Assembly (NCBI GenBank): GCA_964016885.1
Contig: OZ024745.1
Location: forward strand, 5,642,001-5,706,000
DNA length: 64,000 bases
Direction of reading: 5' to 3'
Source of the DNA: Eledone cirrhosa
Taxonomy: Eukaryota
The notes under the pieces were generated by a model that saw only the letters and a list, made by a program, of their open reading frames with translations, ran no database searches and had not been told where the DNA came from. Of the stretch, positions 62,401 to 64,000 are shown piece after piece. The translations under genes were made by a program, and so were the position numbers. Numbering within the stretch: the first letter of the stretch is position 1; each line of letters starts with the position of its first letter.

Positions 62401-64000
62401 TATGACAACATACATTTGGACGTTATAAACTATGACAACATTTGGTCGTTATAAACTATGACAACATACATTTGGTCGTTATAAACTATGGCAACATTTG
62501 GTTGTTATAAACTATGACAACATACATTTGGCCGTTATAAACAATGACAACATTTGGTCGTTATAAACAATCACAACATTTGATCGGTATAAACTATGAG
62601 AACATTTGGTCGTTATAAACTATGACAACATTTGATCGTTATAAACTATGAGAACATTTGGTCGTTATAAACAATGACAACATTTTCGTTATAAACTATG
62701 AGAACATTTGGTCGTTATAAACTATGACAACATTTGATCGTTATAAACTATGAGAACATTTGGTCGTTATAAACAATGACAACATTTGATCGTTATAAAC
62801 TATGACAACATACATTTGGTCGTTATAAACTATGACAACATTTGATCGTTATAAACTATGAGAACATTTGGTCGTTATAAACTATGACAACATTTGGTCG
62901 TTATAAACTATCACAGCATACATTTCGTCGTTATAAACTATGACAACATTTGGTCGTTATGAACTATGACAACGTACATTTGGTGGTTATAAACTAGGGC
63001 AACATTTGGTCGTTATAAACTATGACAACATTTGATCGTTATAAACTATGACAACATTTGGTCGTTATAAACTATGACCACATACATTTGGTCGTTATAA
63101 ACTATGACAACATTTGGTCGTTATAAACTATGACAACATTTGGTCGTTATAAACTATGACAACTTTTGGTCGTTATTAACTATGACAACATACATTTGGT
63201 CGTTTTAAATTATGACAACATTTGGTCGTTATAAACTATGAGAACAAACATTTGGTCGTTATAAACTATGACAACTTTTGGTCGTTATGAACTATGACAA
63301 CATACATTTGGTCGTTATAAATTATGACAACATTTGGTCGTTATAAACTATGAGAACAAACATTTGGTCGTTATAAACTATGACAACATACATTAGGTCG
63401 TTATAAACTATCACAACATTTTGTCGTTATAAACTATGACAACATTTGGTCGTTATAAACTATGACAACATACATTTGGTCGTTATAAACTATGGCAACA
63501 TTTGGTTGTTATAAACTATGACAACATACATTTGGCCGTTATAAACAATGACAACATTTGGTCGTTATAAACAATCACAACATTTGATCGGTATAAACTA
63601 TGAGAACATTTGGTCGTTATAAACAATGACAACATTTTCGTTATAAACTATGAGAACATTTGGTCGTTATAAACTATGACAACATTTGATCGTTATAAAC
63701 TATGAGAACATTTGGTCGTTATAAACAATGACAACATTTGATCGTTATAAACTATGACAACATACATTTGGTCGTTATAAACTATGACAACATTTGATCG
63801 TTATAAACTATGAGAACATTTGGTCGTTATAAACTATGACAACATTTGGTCGTTATAAACTATCACAACATACATTTCGTCGTTATAAACTATGACAACA
63901 TTTGGTCGTTATAAACTATCACAATATACATTAGGTCGTTATAAACTATGACAACATTTGGTTGTTATGAACTATGACAACGTACATTTGGTGGTTATAA
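53650..64000 (+). repeat. Block repeated at 6983-bp offset (about 53650-57020 vs 60630-64000, running off the window end)
   Basis: GGTATTTATA at 54608/61591, GGCACCATTC at 55103/62086, ACTTTTGG at 56179/63162 and GTTGTTATGA at 56978/63961 are all 6983 apart. Confidence 0.9.

Larger units (their letters stand above)
1..64000 (+). repeat. Tandem satellite DNA array of mixed 26-bp and 30-bp monomers, single orientation, extending beyond both window ends
   Basis: The consensus ACATTTGGTCGTTATAAACTATGACA (26 bp) and its +ACAT form (30 bp) tile the window continuously from position 1 to 64000. Most monomers have 0-2 substitutions. No reverse-complement monomer (GTTTATAACGACC) was noticed. Confidence 0.99.

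Noticed and set aside
1-64000. CRISPR array (repeat length 26-30 bp, weak dyad symmetry)
   Set aside because: Repeats abut directly with no unique spacers, no leader and no cas genes.
1-64000. Telomerase-synthesised long telomeric repeat (as in budding yeasts with ~25-bp units), with ACAT stutter from template realignment
   Set aside because: There is no G/C strand asymmetry. Point variants and the 26/30 order are copied in multi-kb blocks, which implies DNA-level duplication rather than unit-by-unit synthesis. A recombination-maintained terminal satellite is not excluded.
1-64000. Plasmid or viral iterons, or an origin repeat region
   Set aside because: No rep gene or other unique sequence is present, and the array is far longer than known iteron clusters.
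1-64000. Pure sequencing or amplification artefact (rolling-circle concatemer)
   Set aside because: The nested, diverged, position-dependent variant structure is not expected from a concatemer of one template. Local misassembly of individual blocks remains possible.

Overview
The whole 64-kb window is one uninterrupted, head-to-tail satellite DNA array. Both window ends lie inside it. I saw no unique sequence, gene, RNA gene, transposon insertion, CRISPR spacer or strand inversion. The base monomer is 26 bp (ACATTTGGTCGTTATAAACTATGACA, 8/26 G+C), interspersed with a 30-bp form carrying a second ACAT (ACATACATTTGGTCGTTATAAACTATGACA). Rare 24-, 25-, 27- and 31-bp variants also occur. The array holds roughly 2,300 monomers, estimated from length. 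All ORFs in the track are by-products of runs of the 30-mer (10 codons, VVINYDNIHL). The real content is higher-order structure. Diagnostic variant monomers recur in a conserved order, forming an irregular ~2-3.5 kb higher-order repeat (HOR). Nested near-identical block duplications can be read from marker spacing (offsets 82, 106, 112, 1026, ~1500, 1680, 2325, 2632, ~3200-3300, 3514, 4850, 6455, 6983 and 13152 bp). Variant sets also turn over along the window in three domains (~0-10 kb, ~10-33 kb, ~33-64 kb). This resembles actively homogenising eukaryotic centromeric, pericentromeric or subtelomeric satellite, but organism and function cannot be determined from the sequence. I do not recognise the monomer as a named satellite family. 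Offsets were counted by hand, block boundaries are approximate, and absence claims are by eye.
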